A stretch of 64,000 bases of DNA, taken from contig JBEKLP010000002.1 in NCBI GenBank assembly GCA_050010135.1, forward strand, positions 27,906-91,905. The letters run 5' to 3'. The notes below the pieces were generated by a model. That model ran no database searches, was not told the origin of the DNA, and saw only the letters and a program-made list of their open reading frames with translations. Made by a program: the position numbers and the translations under genes. This DNA comes from Anaerolineales bacterium (GTDB taxonomy: Bacteria > Chloroflexota > Anaerolineae > Anaerolineales > RBG-16-64-43). Shown here one piece after another: positions 16,481 to 26,249 of this stretch (its first letter is position 1; the number at the start of each line of letters is the position of its first letter).

Positions 16481-19400
16481 ATGCCGCTTTCCCAGCAGCT
16501 CCTTCCATTCAGTTTGTCGATCCTGATCCTGGGGGGCTTACTCTGGCTGGGGGCGGTCCTCTACCGCCGGTGGATCTCTCCGCCGCCCGCAGCCGATAAA
16601 AACCTATGGAACGAATCGAATCCGGAAGAAGAAGCCCGATGGGTGGTGGCTTCCGACGGGCGCACTCTGCGCGCCGATCTTCTGGCGCGGAATTGGTTCA
16701 CCCGCCCGGGAGTTCCACTCTCGCTCAATAACCTGTCGGCGGCAGCTTCCCCCGCACAGGATTTGATCACCCTGGCATCCCACGAAGGCCAGGCCGTCGT
16801 CCGGATTTATCAACGGCTGTACACCGTCTCCTCGCATCGGATCGGATCGAACGGCCGGACTTCCATGGAGATCCGTTTTCATCCGCTGCCGGGTGCTGCG
16901 AAATTCCCCGCTTCGATTTTAAAGGAAGCCCCGCCCGATTTTATGCGCTCGACATTCTCCAGCCTGGATGTTTCCAAATCCGCGCAAAACCTGTTGACCA
17001 CTCTATTGCCGCTCTCCGGAGCCGACTGGTCGATGATCACCCTGTGGGATCCGATCCGGCGCATGCTTATTCCCATCGGCTCGCGGGCGGCCGGCCCGCT
17101 CGATCCATCGCTGGAGCTTCCGCACGGCGCCATCCGTTTCGGAGAGGGCCCATCCGGCTGGCTCGCCCGCCAGCGGACACCGCTACGGATACCGGATCTG
17201 GACCGGCACCCTGGAATGGCAACCCGTCTCCCGTCGGACGCCGCACACTTCCGTTCCTTCCTTGGATATCCCCTGGAAATCTCCGGGGAACTGCTGGGAA
17301 CGTTTGAATTCTATTCGGTCAAATCGTCCGAATTTTCCGAGGAAATTCTTTCCCAATTGGCCGGGCCGATGGAGACCGCGACCCTCTCCCTACAAAATGC
17401 GCTGGTCCATGAAAACGAGATCCGGCGGGAAGCCGAGGCGCAAGCCTTGGCGGATATTTCGCGAACGGTAACCGCATTATCGGAACCGGAAACCTTCTTC
17501 GACCAGCTCGCACGGGCCTTGGCGCCGATCCTGGACGCGCAATACATCGGCTTCCTGCTCTACGACGAATCGACCGAAACGCTCGAACCCCGCAAGCCGT
17601 TCCTGGGGACACCCGAATACATGCTGCCGCTATTCCGCATCTCGCTCGCGGCCGGCAGCCCGGCCGGAGCCCGCTGGCAAAGCATGGAGAGTGCGATCGC
17701 CAACGGTTCGGAAGCCCAGGCGTTGTTGCGCGAATTGGACCTCCTGCCTCTGGACAAGGCTCTCGATATCCGCAGCATGGGAATTTTTCCGCTTGGGCCG
17801 CCGGGAGATACCACCGGATGGTTGTGGATCGCCAATAAGCGGGGCGGTCCGATGGAGGAAGAGGACGTCCGCCGATGGACTCCGCTCGTAACCCAGTCGG
17901 GCCGACTGATCCGAAACATGATCATGCTGGAGGAATACCGACGCCAGTCGGGCCGCGCCGATTTCCTCCGCCGGCTGTCGACGTTCGCCGCTTCACCTTC
18001 GCCGCTGGATGAATTTCTCAAGCAAGCGCTGGACGAACTGGCGCGGATTCTCGGATGCGACCAGGCGGCGCTTTTCCTCCTGGACGAATCGCACGACGAA
18101 ATTCAGCTTCACGCCCCCTCGGCTTCCGGCATGAGCGAAGAGGACAAACACCGGTTCGCCACTTTTTCCACTGCGGACCCATTGAGCCGATACGCGGCGA
18201 CCTTCACTATGCAGCCGCTCCTGATCCGGGACGCGGTCAATTCGCGCGACCTGCCGCCCTATTATCGGCCCTGGGTGGATTATTTTCTGCACGAACATCT
18301 GATCGTAACGCCCCTTCTCGTGCGCGGCCATGGAATCGGTGAACTTGTCGCCGGCCGGAAAACGGCGGCCTTCAACGCCGACCAGCTGCATTTTCTCTCC
18401 GGTATCGGCGGCCAGCTGGCGGGCACCATTGAACGCGAACAGCTCTTCTCGGCGACCGATGCCTCACTTCGGCGTCGGGTGGACCAGCTCACCTCCCTGA
18501 CCCGAGTCGCCCGCGAATTGAACACCACCATCGACCTTTGGTACATGCTGCGTCTGGTTTACGATGAATCGATCCGGGTGACGGGAGCGGATTGCGGACG
18601 GATCGCGCTGCTGGATCCGGAACGAAAAGCCAATCTGCGCCGGCCGCTGTTCCTCCTAGGGGAGGAACTCCCCGGGGGAACGCTTTCCGCGCTGGAGTCG
18701 GAAGTCCTCGACAGCGGAAAGTCCCTTCTGATCCGGGATATGACCGCCGAGCAGAGCGAGGCCGATCATTCCGGGGTCAACTCCGCGATCCTGGTGCCCG
18801 TCGTTTACCAACAGCGTTCGGTCGGCTTGATCGACTTGCATTCGCGCCGGTCGGGCTGGTTCGACCGCGAGTCGCTCGAGATCATCCAGGCCTACGGAAT
18901 ACAAATCGCAATCGCGGTGGGGAACGCCCAGCGCCTCGAGGAACAAAGCCAGACGACCGAAGTGCTCCGGCACCGCGCGCGACTGCTCTCCACTATCCAT
19001 CAAACCGGAAAAGCTTCCCTTTCGCATACCCCCCTGCCGAAACGTCTGGAAACCATCACGCAGAGCATCCACGATACGCTGGGGTTGACTCCGGTCCTTA
19101 TCGGGTTGCTGCAGGGAGATGCGCTCGAATGGCAGGCCCGGTCCGGGTTGTCGGAACGGGCGTGGCAGGCGGTCCATGCCCAGCTCATTCCGCTCGAGGT
19201 TGTTGTACGGTGGATTTCCGCCCGGCCGAACGCCGAAGGGGTCATTCCCCTGCCGGTAATCCCCGGCGACGAGCAGACGCGGAAATTTGCCGCTGGGTTA
19301 GAGGACGAACTCGGATCGCAGGAAATCCTCCTCCTCCCGCTGCGGACGTCCGAAGGCGAGTTGATCGGGCTGATGGCCGCCGCGGCCATTTCCACAACGC

Positions 19401-22400
19401 ACCCCGGCGCGGATTATTCCTTTTTTGAGATTTTCGCCTCACAGGCCACGGTCGCCATCCAGATCGATATGCTCCGACAGTCGCTGGCGAAGGGACGCGC
19501 ACTCCGACCGGCCGCGGGAAAAGGGAAGCGGACGCTTCCGGCCGGAGAGTTGCCACCGGCTGCCGAAACGCAGAACCTGCGATTGCGGCTCAACCGGCTG
19601 ATGGCGCTGATCCAGGTGACCGAGTTCCTTTCCACACAGGAGGAGCCGCAGGCTCTGCTAGATACATTCGCTCAAAAAATCCTTGAAAGTTTTTCTTTCG
19701 ACATCGTGCTCGTGGCGGAAGAAGGACCGGGAGGACCGAAACTGCGCCTCGGTAAAGGAAAACTGCCCGCCCAAGCACAGGTGGAGATGCTGCTGGGCCA
19801 GCGCAATCCAATCCTGAGCATATTCCAACGCGGCCAGCCGATCCTGGTGCTGTCCCTCGACGATGCGCCGACCTGGCAGAATTCCCCGTTGCTCCAGGCG
19901 CTCAAGACCCGCTCCTTCCTGTGTTTCCCGATCCGCACGCGGCAGAAAATCGAAGCCGTTGCCTTGTTGGTCTCTCAGGAAACCACCTCGCCACTCCAGC
20001 CGGGAGACGAGGATTTGTTCCAATTGATGGGCGAACAGGTGGCGATCTACCTGGAAAACGTCCGGCTTCTGGAGGAAACCCGGCGCAGGCTGCGCGAAGG
20101 AAACGTCCTTTTGGAATTCAGCCGGCGCGTTTCCGGACTCGAAATTCCGTCGATCCTGCAGGCGGTCGTCGATGAAACCCGCAACGCTATCCCGGAGGCG
20201 GAGGGGGCGATGGTTGCGCTCTGGGAGGCAGACCGGTCCGCGGTCACGATCCGCGCCGTCTCCGGATACGCCAACGCACACTTCCTCCATCAGATGGCCT
20301 GCGCGGCGGGCGAAGGGCTGCCCGGGCAGGCTTACCTGGCGGCCAAGCCGGTGCATTGGGCACACGTCGACATGGCCTCGGACTTCAATCTCTCGGCGGC
20401 GAACCTGGAAGCTTACCGCAACGGAACGATGGGATTGATTCCGGCGTCCGCGATGGGGGTGCCGCTGCAAGCCGGGGATCGAGTGCTGGGAATCCTGCTC
20501 TTGGAAAACTTCACCACAGCGGAGGCGTTTTTCCGGAACACCGAGGAAGTGGCCCTCTCACTGGCCAACCAGACCGCGCTGGCGCTGGAAAAAGCCAGGC
20601 TCTTCCAGGAAATGACCGACCGCACGCGCGAACTGGACGAACGCGCGTCGCACCTGGCGCTGCTCAACCGGCTGACCAACGCCGCGATCACCACCAGCAA
20701 CGAGCGCACACTCCTGCAAATCGCCTGCCGGGAACTGGCTGCAGCATTCGACGTTCCCCAATCGGCCGCGGCATTAATCGAAAACGGGCGGACCGAAGCC
20801 GCCGTGGTGGCCGAATACATCTACCCCGGACGCCCATCGGCCATGAGCCTGGGCGTTCCGCTCAGCGGTTCCTCCGTCATCGAGACGGTCCTGCGGACGC
20901 GTTCCCCTCTCCAGGTGGAAAATGCGCCCGTCGACGATCGGGTGGGCGCCTTCCGTCTCTGGATCGAACAACGCCAGGTGATCTCGGTGTTGATCATGCC
21001 GCTCCTGATGGGAGGCGAGACGGCCGGTCTGATCCTGATCGAGAGTCCGGAAGAGCATTCCTTTTCGTTTGCGGATCTCTCGCTGGCACAGACCGTATCG
21101 GCTCAGCTCGGCCAGGCGCTGGAAAACGTCCGCTTGCATCAGTCGGCGCGCGCCCTGACCACCGATCTGCAGCATCGTGTGGTGGAACGCACCACAGCCC
21201 TCGAACGCGAGCACCAGCGCGCGGAAACCCTGCTCCGGATCAGCACCGAACTCGTGACAAGCCTCGACCTGGACCAGGTGCTCACCCGTGCGCTGCAACT
21301 GGTCAACGAGGCGATCGGCGCGGACCAGGCGGCGATCGTCTTGCTCGATCCGGAAACCCAGCAGCTGGTGTACCGCGCCTCGCTGGAAAAAGACGCCCCT
21401 CTGCCGAGTGGCGGCCGCTCCCTGCCCTTCCGAGCCGGCGAGGGATTGGCCGGCTGGGTGATCCAGCAGCGCCAGTCGGTCATTCTGCCGGACCTGGCCA
21501 ACGACCCGCGCTGGGTCCACCTCTACCCGGAAGAGCCGATGCGTTATCACAGCGCGCTGGCGGTGCCGCTGATGGTGGGAGCGGACGCGCTCGGAGCGCT
21601 GATTCTCCTGAGTCAGGATCCTTCAGTGTTTAATCCAGATCAGTTGCGGCTGGCGTCCGCGGCGGCCAACCAGGTTGCGGCTGCGATTAACAACGCCGAA
21701 CTCTACCGGTTGATCCGCGACCAAGCGGAGCGCTTGGGCGGGCTGGTCCGCAGCCAGCAGGTGGAATCTCGCAAATCGCGCGCCATGCTCGAAGCCATCG
21801 CCGACGGGGTGATGGTGACCGACGACGGAAACCGGATCGTGCTTTTCAATGATGCCGCCGAAAGGCTGCTGGGGCTCCGGCGCGACCAGGTGGACGGAAG
21901 GGCCGCAGGCGAGTTCATCGGCCTGTTTGGAAAAGCCGGCCGCGCGTGGCAGGAGAGATTGCGCCGCTGGCAGTCCGCCCCGGCAGAAATCACTGGCGGC
22001 GAATACCTGGCCGAACGAATCACGCTCGACAGCGGAAAAGTTCTATCGGTGCATCTGGCACCGGTCTCCAGCGGCGAGGAATTCATCGGAACCGTGGCGG
22101 TCTTCCGCGACATTACCCAGGACGTGGAGGTGGACCGGCTGAAATCGGAATTCGTCGCCACCGTATCCCACGAACTGCGCACGCCGATGACGGCCATCAA
22201 AGGGTATACGGAAATTCTGATGATGGGAGCCACCGGCCCGCTCAACGATGCCCAGCGGCAATTCCTGAAAATCGTCAAGGACAATTCCGACCGGCTGGGT
22301 TTACTGGTCAACGACCTGCTCGATATTTCGCGGATTGAATCCGGCCAAACGCATCTGAACCTCGACGTGGTGGAAATCCCCAAGCTCCTGGAAGAGATCG

Positions 22401-22843
22401 CCGCCGAGTTGCGCGAACGATGCCGCTCCGGCGGAAAATCGCTTGAGATCGTCGTTCAAACCGAACCGGACTTGCCCTTGATCCAAGCTGATCCATCCCG
22501 CGTCGGCGAGATTCTGGGAAACCTCGCGGAGAATGCCTTTCTGTATACACCCGATGGCGGGACGCTGACCCTGCGGGCGCGTGCGCATGCCGACGGCGTG
22601 CAAATCGACGTAAGCGACACCGGCATCGGCATCGGTCCGGCCGAACGCGAACGGGTGTTTGAGCGGTTCTACCGCGGCGAACATCCGGTGGTAATGGCCA
22701 CTCCCGGCACCGGATTGGGTTTGCCGATAACCAAGAAACTGGTGGAGATGCACGGCGGATCGATCACCGTGGAAAGCGAGGGAGTGCCCGGAAAGGGGAG
22801 TACCTTCCATGTCATCCTTCCGCGGGACGCGGTACAATTCTGA
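16481..22843 (+). CDS. Membrane-anchored multi-GAF PAS sensor histidine kinase, 2120 aa
   Basis: N-terminal TM helix, about nine GAF-like repeats each ending in A.ALEN.RL-type helices, a PAS domain, H-box SHELRTPMT, N/G boxes (NLAENA, DTGIGI, GTGLGL). Confidence 0.93.
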   Translation: MPLSQQLLPFSLSILILGGLLWLGAVLYRRWISPPPAADKNLWNESNPEEEARWVVASDGRTLRADLLARNWFTRPGVPLSLNNLSAAASPAQDLITLASHEGQAVVRIYQRLYTVSSHRIGSNGRTSMEIRFHPLPGAAKFPASILKEAPPDFMRSTFSSLDVSKSAQNLLTTLLPLSGADWSMITLWDPIRRMLIPIGSRAAGPLDPSLELPHGAIRFGEGPSGWLARQRTPLRIPDLDRHPGMATRLPSDAAHFRSFLGYPLEISGELLGTFEFYSVKSSEFSEEILSQLAGPMETATLSLQNALVHENEIRREAEAQALADISRTVTALSEPETFFDQLARALAPILDAQYIGFLLYDESTETLEPRKPFLGTPEYMLPLFRISLAAGSPAGARWQSMESAIANGSEAQALLRELDLLPLDKALDIRSMGIFPLGPPGDTTGWLWIANKRGGPMEEEDVRRWTPLVTQSGRLIRNMIMLEEYRRQSGRADFLRRLSTFAASPSPLDEFLKQALDELARILGCDQAALFLLDESHDEIQLHAPSASGMSEEDKHRFATFSTADPLSRYAATFTMQPLLIRDAVNSRDLPPYYRPWVDYFLHEHLIVTPLLVRGHGIGELVAGRKTAAFNADQLHFLSGIGGQLAGTIEREQLFSATDASLRRRVDQLTSLTRVARELNTTIDLWYMLRLVYDESIRVTGADCGRIALLDPERKANLRRPLFLLGEELPGGTLSALESEVLDSGKSLLIRDMTAEQSEADHSGVNSAILVPVVYQQRSVGLIDLHSRRSGWFDRESLEIIQAYGIQIAIAVGNAQRLEEQSQTTEVLRHRARLLSTIHQTGKASLSHTPLPKRLETITQSIHDTLGLTPVLIGLLQGDALEWQARSGLSERAWQAVHAQLIPLEVVVRWISARPNAEGVIPLPVIPGDEQTRKFAAGLEDELGSQEILLLPLRTSEGELIGLMAAAAISTTHPGADYSFFEIFASQATVAIQIDMLRQSLAKGRALRPAAGKGKRTLPAGELPPAAETQNLRLRLNRLMALIQVTEFLSTQEEPQALLDTFAQKILESFSFDIVLVAEEGPGGPKLRLGKGKLPAQAQVEMLLGQRNPILSIFQRGQPILVLSLDDAPTWQNSPLLQALKTRSFLCFPIRTRQKIEAVALLVSQETTSPLQPGDEDLFQLMGEQVAIYLENVRLLEETRRRLREGNVLLEFSRRVSGLEIPSILQAVVDETRNAIPEAEGAMVALWEADRSAVTIRAVSGYANAHFLHQMACAAGEGLPGQAYLAAKPVHWAHVDMASDFNLSAANLEAYRNGTMGLIPASAMGVPLQAGDRVLGILLLENFTTAEAFFRNTEEVALSLANQTALALEKARLFQEMTDRTRELDERASHLALLNRLTNAAITTSNERTLLQIACRELAAAFDVPQSAAALIENGRTEAAVVAEYIYPGRPSAMSLGVPLSGSSVIETVLRTRSPLQVENAPVDDRVGAFRLWIEQRQVISVLIMPLLMGGETAGLILIESPEEHSFSFADLSLAQTVSAQLGQALENVRLHQSARALTTDLQHRVVERTTALEREHQRAETLLRISTELVTSLDLDQVLTRALQLVNEAIGADQAAIVLLDPETQQLVYRASLEKDAPLPSGGRSLPFRAGEGLAGWVIQQRQSVILPDLANDPRWVHLYPEEPMRYHSALAVPLMVGADALGALILLSQDPSVFNPDQLRLASAAANQVAAAINNAELYRLIRDQAERLGGLVRSQQVESRKSRAMLEAIADGVMVTDDGNRIVLFNDAAERLLGLRRDQVDGRAAGEFIGLFGKAGRAWQERLRRWQSAPAEITGGEYLAERITLDSGKVLSVHLAPVSSGEEFIGTVAVFRDITQDVEVDRLKSEFVATVSHELRTPMTAIKGYTEILMMGATGPLNDAQRQFLKIVKDNSDRLGLLVNDLLDISRIESGQTHLNLDVVEIPKLLEEIAAELRERCRSGGKSLEIVVQTEPDLPLIQADPSRVGEILGNLAENAFLYTPDGGTLTLRARAHADGVQIDVSDTGIGIGPAERERVFERFYRGEHPVVMATPGTGLGLPITKKLVEMHGGSITVESEGVPGKGSTFHVILPRDAVQF

Positions 22844-22857
22844 CAAGGACGGTATTC

Positions 22858-23235
22858 ATGGCCAAGATACTGATTGCCGAAGATGAACGGGATATTCGCG
22901 ATCTGATTATTTTCACCCTCACCTACGGTAAACACGAAGTGATTGCCGTGGCCAACGGCGAAGAGGTATTGGAAAGCGTGCGTCGTGAACAACCGGATCT
23001 TATCCTGCTCGACGTGCGCATGCCCCGCATGACGGGGTATGAAGCCTGCCGCCGGCTAAAAGCCGACCCCACCCTGCGGCATATCCCGGTGGTGTTTCTC
23101 TCCGCCAAAGGACAGGAAACCGAAGTTCAAACCGGTTTGGAATCCGGCGCCGCGGAATATATTCTTAAGCCCTTCTCTCCGGACCAGCTGAACAAACGAA
23201 TTTTGGAAATATTAAAGAAAAGCCCGGAAGCCTAG
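22858..23235 (+). CDS. Single-domain response regulator (CheY/DivK-like)
   Basis: ILIAEDE, LLDVRMP, LSA, LKPF. Confidence 0.94.
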   Translation: MAKILIAEDERDIRDLIIFTLTYGKHEVIAVANGEEVLESVRREQPDLILLDVRMPRMTGYEACRRLKADPTLRHIPVVFLSAKGQETEVQTGLESGAAEYILKPFSPDQLNKRILEILKKSPEA

Positions 23236-23461
23236 AACTCCGGGTTCACCTTGCCATTTCCCCGCGCAATGCGATCCGCGGGCTTCCCTGCGCCGCTCAG
23301 CGGCGCAACGAATTTTCGCTCGAAGCAGATCGAATCGAATTATTAAGGGCGACACCTGCGCAACCGTGAGGAAGTGACGGGCCGTCCTTTTTTCTCCAGG
23401 GGATTGTGGCGATAGCGAGTTTTGAAATAGGGGAAAAAACGGTCCCCGGAATCGAAGAAGC

Positions 23462-24100
23462 TTACCCCTCGAGGTAAAACGTCATCCGCTGCATGTGGGC
23501 GCCCGGGTCGATATTCTGCACGTAAACTCCTTTGGGCACAACCAGAGATGTCGGAGCGTAATTCAGGATTGCCTGCACTCCGGCTTCCACCAATAAATCG
23601 GAGACATTCTGCGCGGCGTCGGCCGGAACGGCAAGCATTGCCACGCGGATTTTTGCGGCGCGCACTTTTTCCACCAATGTGGACAAGTCCTGAATCGTAT
23701 ACTGCGATAGGGACTGGCGGACTTTGGCCGGATCGTTGTCGAACACAAACCGGATTTCGAACCCACGGTCGTGAAAACCGTGATAGTTCGCAATCGCCCG
23801 CCCCAGATCGCCGGCCCCGACCAGTACCACTTCCCAAATCCGGTCCACTTTGAGAATTCGCCGCAATTGGACGATCAAAAAGGAAATGTTGTAGCCCAAA
23901 CCCTGTTTTCCGAATTCCCCAAAATAGGATAGGTCCTTTCGAATCTGGGCCGAGGTCAATCCCAGACGATCGCCGAGTTCGGACGACGAGGTAATCTCCA
24001 GCCCCTCACCGGCTAGGGAACGAAGCGTACGCAGGTAAAAAGGCAATCGCCCGACGACAATATCCGGAATAGGCCTGACGGGAGGTTGTTTGTGCGGCAT
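23462..24100 (-). CDS. rex: Redox-sensing transcriptional repressor Rex
   Basis: RLPFYLR, SSSELG, QIRKDLSYFGEFGKQGLGY, Rossmann VGAGDLG, ILNYAP. Confidence 0.96.
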   Translation of the reverse strand: MPHKQPPVRPIPDIVVGRLPFYLRTLRSLAGEGLEITSSSELGDRLGLTSAQIRKDLSYFGEFGKQGLGYNISFLIVQLRRILKVDRIWEVVLVGAGDLGRAIANYHGFHDRGFEIRFVFDNDPAKVRQSLSQYTIQDLSTLVEKVRAAKIRVAMLAVPADAAQNVSDLLVEAGVQAILNYAPTSLVVPKGVYVQNIDPGAHMQRMTFYLEG

Positions 24101-24163
24101 GGATTTCTCCGTCTACGGGAGCAATTATCCTTTATGATATAAGGGATAAACGCGTTTCACCGA

Positions 24164-24181
24164 TTGAGAAATGTATCACAA
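24164..24181. promoter_or_regulatory. Candidate Rex operator between rex and obgE
   Basis: TTGAGAA-ATGT-ATCACAA matches 12 of 14 positions of the TTGTGAA-N4-TTCACAA consensus. Confidence 0.6.
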
Positions 24182-24201
24182 TTGAAGGGTTTGGGCAAAC
24201 A

Positions 24202-25467
24202 ATGTTTTTAGATGAAGCGGAGATCACCATACGCGCCGGCCGGGGCGGCAACGGCATGATGCATTTTCACCGGGAGAAATTCGTCACCCGCGGGGGACCC
24301 GACGGCGGGGACGGGGGACATGGCGGGAGCGTTTATCTACGGGTGGATCGGAATCTCAACACCCTGTACCGCTTCCGGCATGTCCGTGTATTCCAGGCCG
24401 AAGACGGCGCGAACGGCAGTATCAACGATAGGACCGGAAAATCCGGAGCCGACCTGATCATCCCGGTCCCGCCCGGAACGGTTGTGCGCGAGCTTTCCCC
24501 GGACAGGCTGCTGGGGGATTTATTGGAAGAAGGCCAGCAGTTGGCCATCGCCCGCGGCGGACGCGGCGGACGCGGGAATCCGCATTTCGCATCGGCGCAC
24601 AACCAGGCGCCGCACGTCGCCGAGAAGGGCGAGCCGGGCGAGGAGCGCCGGTTGCGCCTCGAACTGAAGTTGATCGCCGATGTTGGCTTGGTGGGATCGC
24701 CCAATGCGGGAAAATCCACATTCCTAGCCGCGGTGACCGCCGCCCACCCAAAGATCGCCCCCTACCCTTTCACAACCACCGAGCCCAACCTCGGGGTGGC
24801 CGTCCTGGACGGATTCCAGACCATCGTGCTGGCCGACATCCCCGGCCTGATCGAAGGGGCGCATGCCGGCGTCGGCCTGGGATTTACCTTCCTGCGGCAC
24901 ATCCAACGCACGCGGGTACTTGTTCATCTGCTGGACGGCGCAGCCGCCGACCCGCTTTCGGACTTCTCGCAAATCAATACCGAACTGGCGCTGTTCGACC
25001 CGGACCTGGGCCGCAAGCCGCAAATTGTCGCGGTGAACAAGACCGACCTTCCGGAAGCCAAAGCGCGCTGGCCCTCGCTGAAAGAGGAATTAAAGCGAAG
25101 GGGATTTGAAGCTTACGCGGTTTCGGCGCTCACCCGGCAGGGCACGCGCGAGATCGTCCAACGGGCCGCGCAACTACTGGCGGAGGTTCCGCCCCCTCCG
25201 CTGGTTGAAGCGGAAGTTCCGCTATATCAAGCGCAGGATGATCCGACGGCATTTTCGATCGTGCAAGAGAGCGACGGCGGTTGGCGGGTGAAAGGGAAAC
25301 GGATCGAACGCGCGGCGGAAATGACCTACTGGGAATTGGAAGAGGCGGTGACCCGTTTCCAACGCATCCTTGAGGCGCTCGGAATCTATCAGGCATTGAA
25401 AGAAGCCGGCATACAGCAAGGCGATATCGTCCGCATCGGGAAGCACGAGCTGGAATGGAACGATTAG
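24202..25467 (+). CDS. obgE: GTPase ObgE/CgtA with C-terminal extension domain
   Basis: MFLDEAEI..AGRGGNG...GGPDGGDGG, VGSPNAGKST, YPFTT, DIPGLIEGA, NKTD. Confidence 0.97.
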   Translation: MFLDEAEITIRAGRGGNGMMHFHREKFVTRGGPDGGDGGHGGSVYLRVDRNLNTLYRFRHVRVFQAEDGANGSINDRTGKSGADLIIPVPPGTVVRELSPDRLLGDLLEEGQQLAIARGGRGGRGNPHFASAHNQAPHVAEKGEPGEERRLRLELKLIADVGLVGSPNAGKSTFLAAVTAAHPKIAPYPFTTTEPNLGVAVLDGFQTIVLADIPGLIEGAHAGVGLGFTFLRHIQRTRVLVHLLDGAAADPLSDFSQINTELALFDPDLGRKPQIVAVNKTDLPEAKARWPSLKEELKRRGFEAYAVSALTRQGTREIVQRAAQLLAEVPPPPLVEAEVPLYQAQDDPTAFSIVQESDGGWRVKGKRIERAAEMTYWELEEAVTRFQRILEALGIYQALKEAGIQQGDIVRIGKHELEWND

Positions 25468-26057
25468 GGATTCTGGGCGGAACGTTCGATCCTCCCCACA
25501 ACGGCCATCTGGCATTGGCCGCCCGATCGCTGCGCCAACTTCACCTAACCAGCGTTGTCTGGGTGCTCACGCCGGATCCACCGCACAAGGATTTTCCGGA
25601 TATCACGGCATACAGCGTGCGACGTGAGATGCTGGAAACCGCCATCGCCGCGAATCCAGCTTTTCTATTAAGCGAGGTGGAGTCCGAGAGGCCCGGCCCG
25701 CAGTATATGGTCGATACGATTTCCATTCTTCAGGAGCGAAACCCGAAGGCTGAGCTTACTCTGCTTCTGGGCGAGGATTCACTGCGCGATCTGCCCACCT
25801 GGCATCGTCCAGGAGACATACTCCTTCTGTGCCAGCTTGGCGTCCTGCGCCGGTCTGACCGGAAAGCGGACATGGTTGCGTTGGAAACCAAGCTGCCGGG
25901 CATCGGGGCGCGAACAACTTTTCTGGACGCGGCGCCGCTGGATATTTCCTCCACCGAAATTCGGGATAGAATTCGACGCGGAGAATCCATCGAAGGGATG
26001 GTGCCGGCCGGCGTCGAAAAGATCATCCGGTGGAACTGTCTTTATAAATCGGCTTAA
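25455..26057 (+). CDS. nadD: Nicotinate-nucleotide adenylyltransferase
   Basis: GGTFDPPHNGH, PPHK, LLGEDSL, ISSTEIR. Confidence 0.95.
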   Translation: MERLGILGGTFDPPHNGHLALAARSLRQLHLTSVVWVLTPDPPHKDFPDITAYSVRREMLETAIAANPAFLLSEVESERPGPQYMVDTISILQERNPKAELTLLLGEDSLRDLPTWHRPGDILLLCQLGVLRRSDRKADMVALETKLPGIGARTTFLDAAPLDISSTEIRDRIRRGESIEGMVPAGVEKIIRWNCLYKSA

Positions 26058-26105
26058 TCAGTGGATTCGCTGATTTATCCCCATCGTTACCTTATAGAGA
26101 ACCTA

Positions 26106-26196
26106 AACGCAAAGACGCTAAGCCGCAAAGAGAAATTTTTAATGTCTTGGCGCCCCCCGGCCCGACCCCCGGGGGCGGGCTTAGCGTCTTTGCGTT
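26106..26196. repeat. REP-like inverted repeat with a nested GC-rich hairpin
   Basis: Perfect 19-bp arms AACGCAAAGACGCTAAGCC (26106-26124) and GGCTTAGCGTCTTTGCGTT (26178-26196), between convergent genes. Confidence 0.75.
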
Positions 26197-26249
26197 AAGA
26201 ATTTAATAACCGATATCCGCAAACATCGAATTAAGAAAACCAAAATGGG

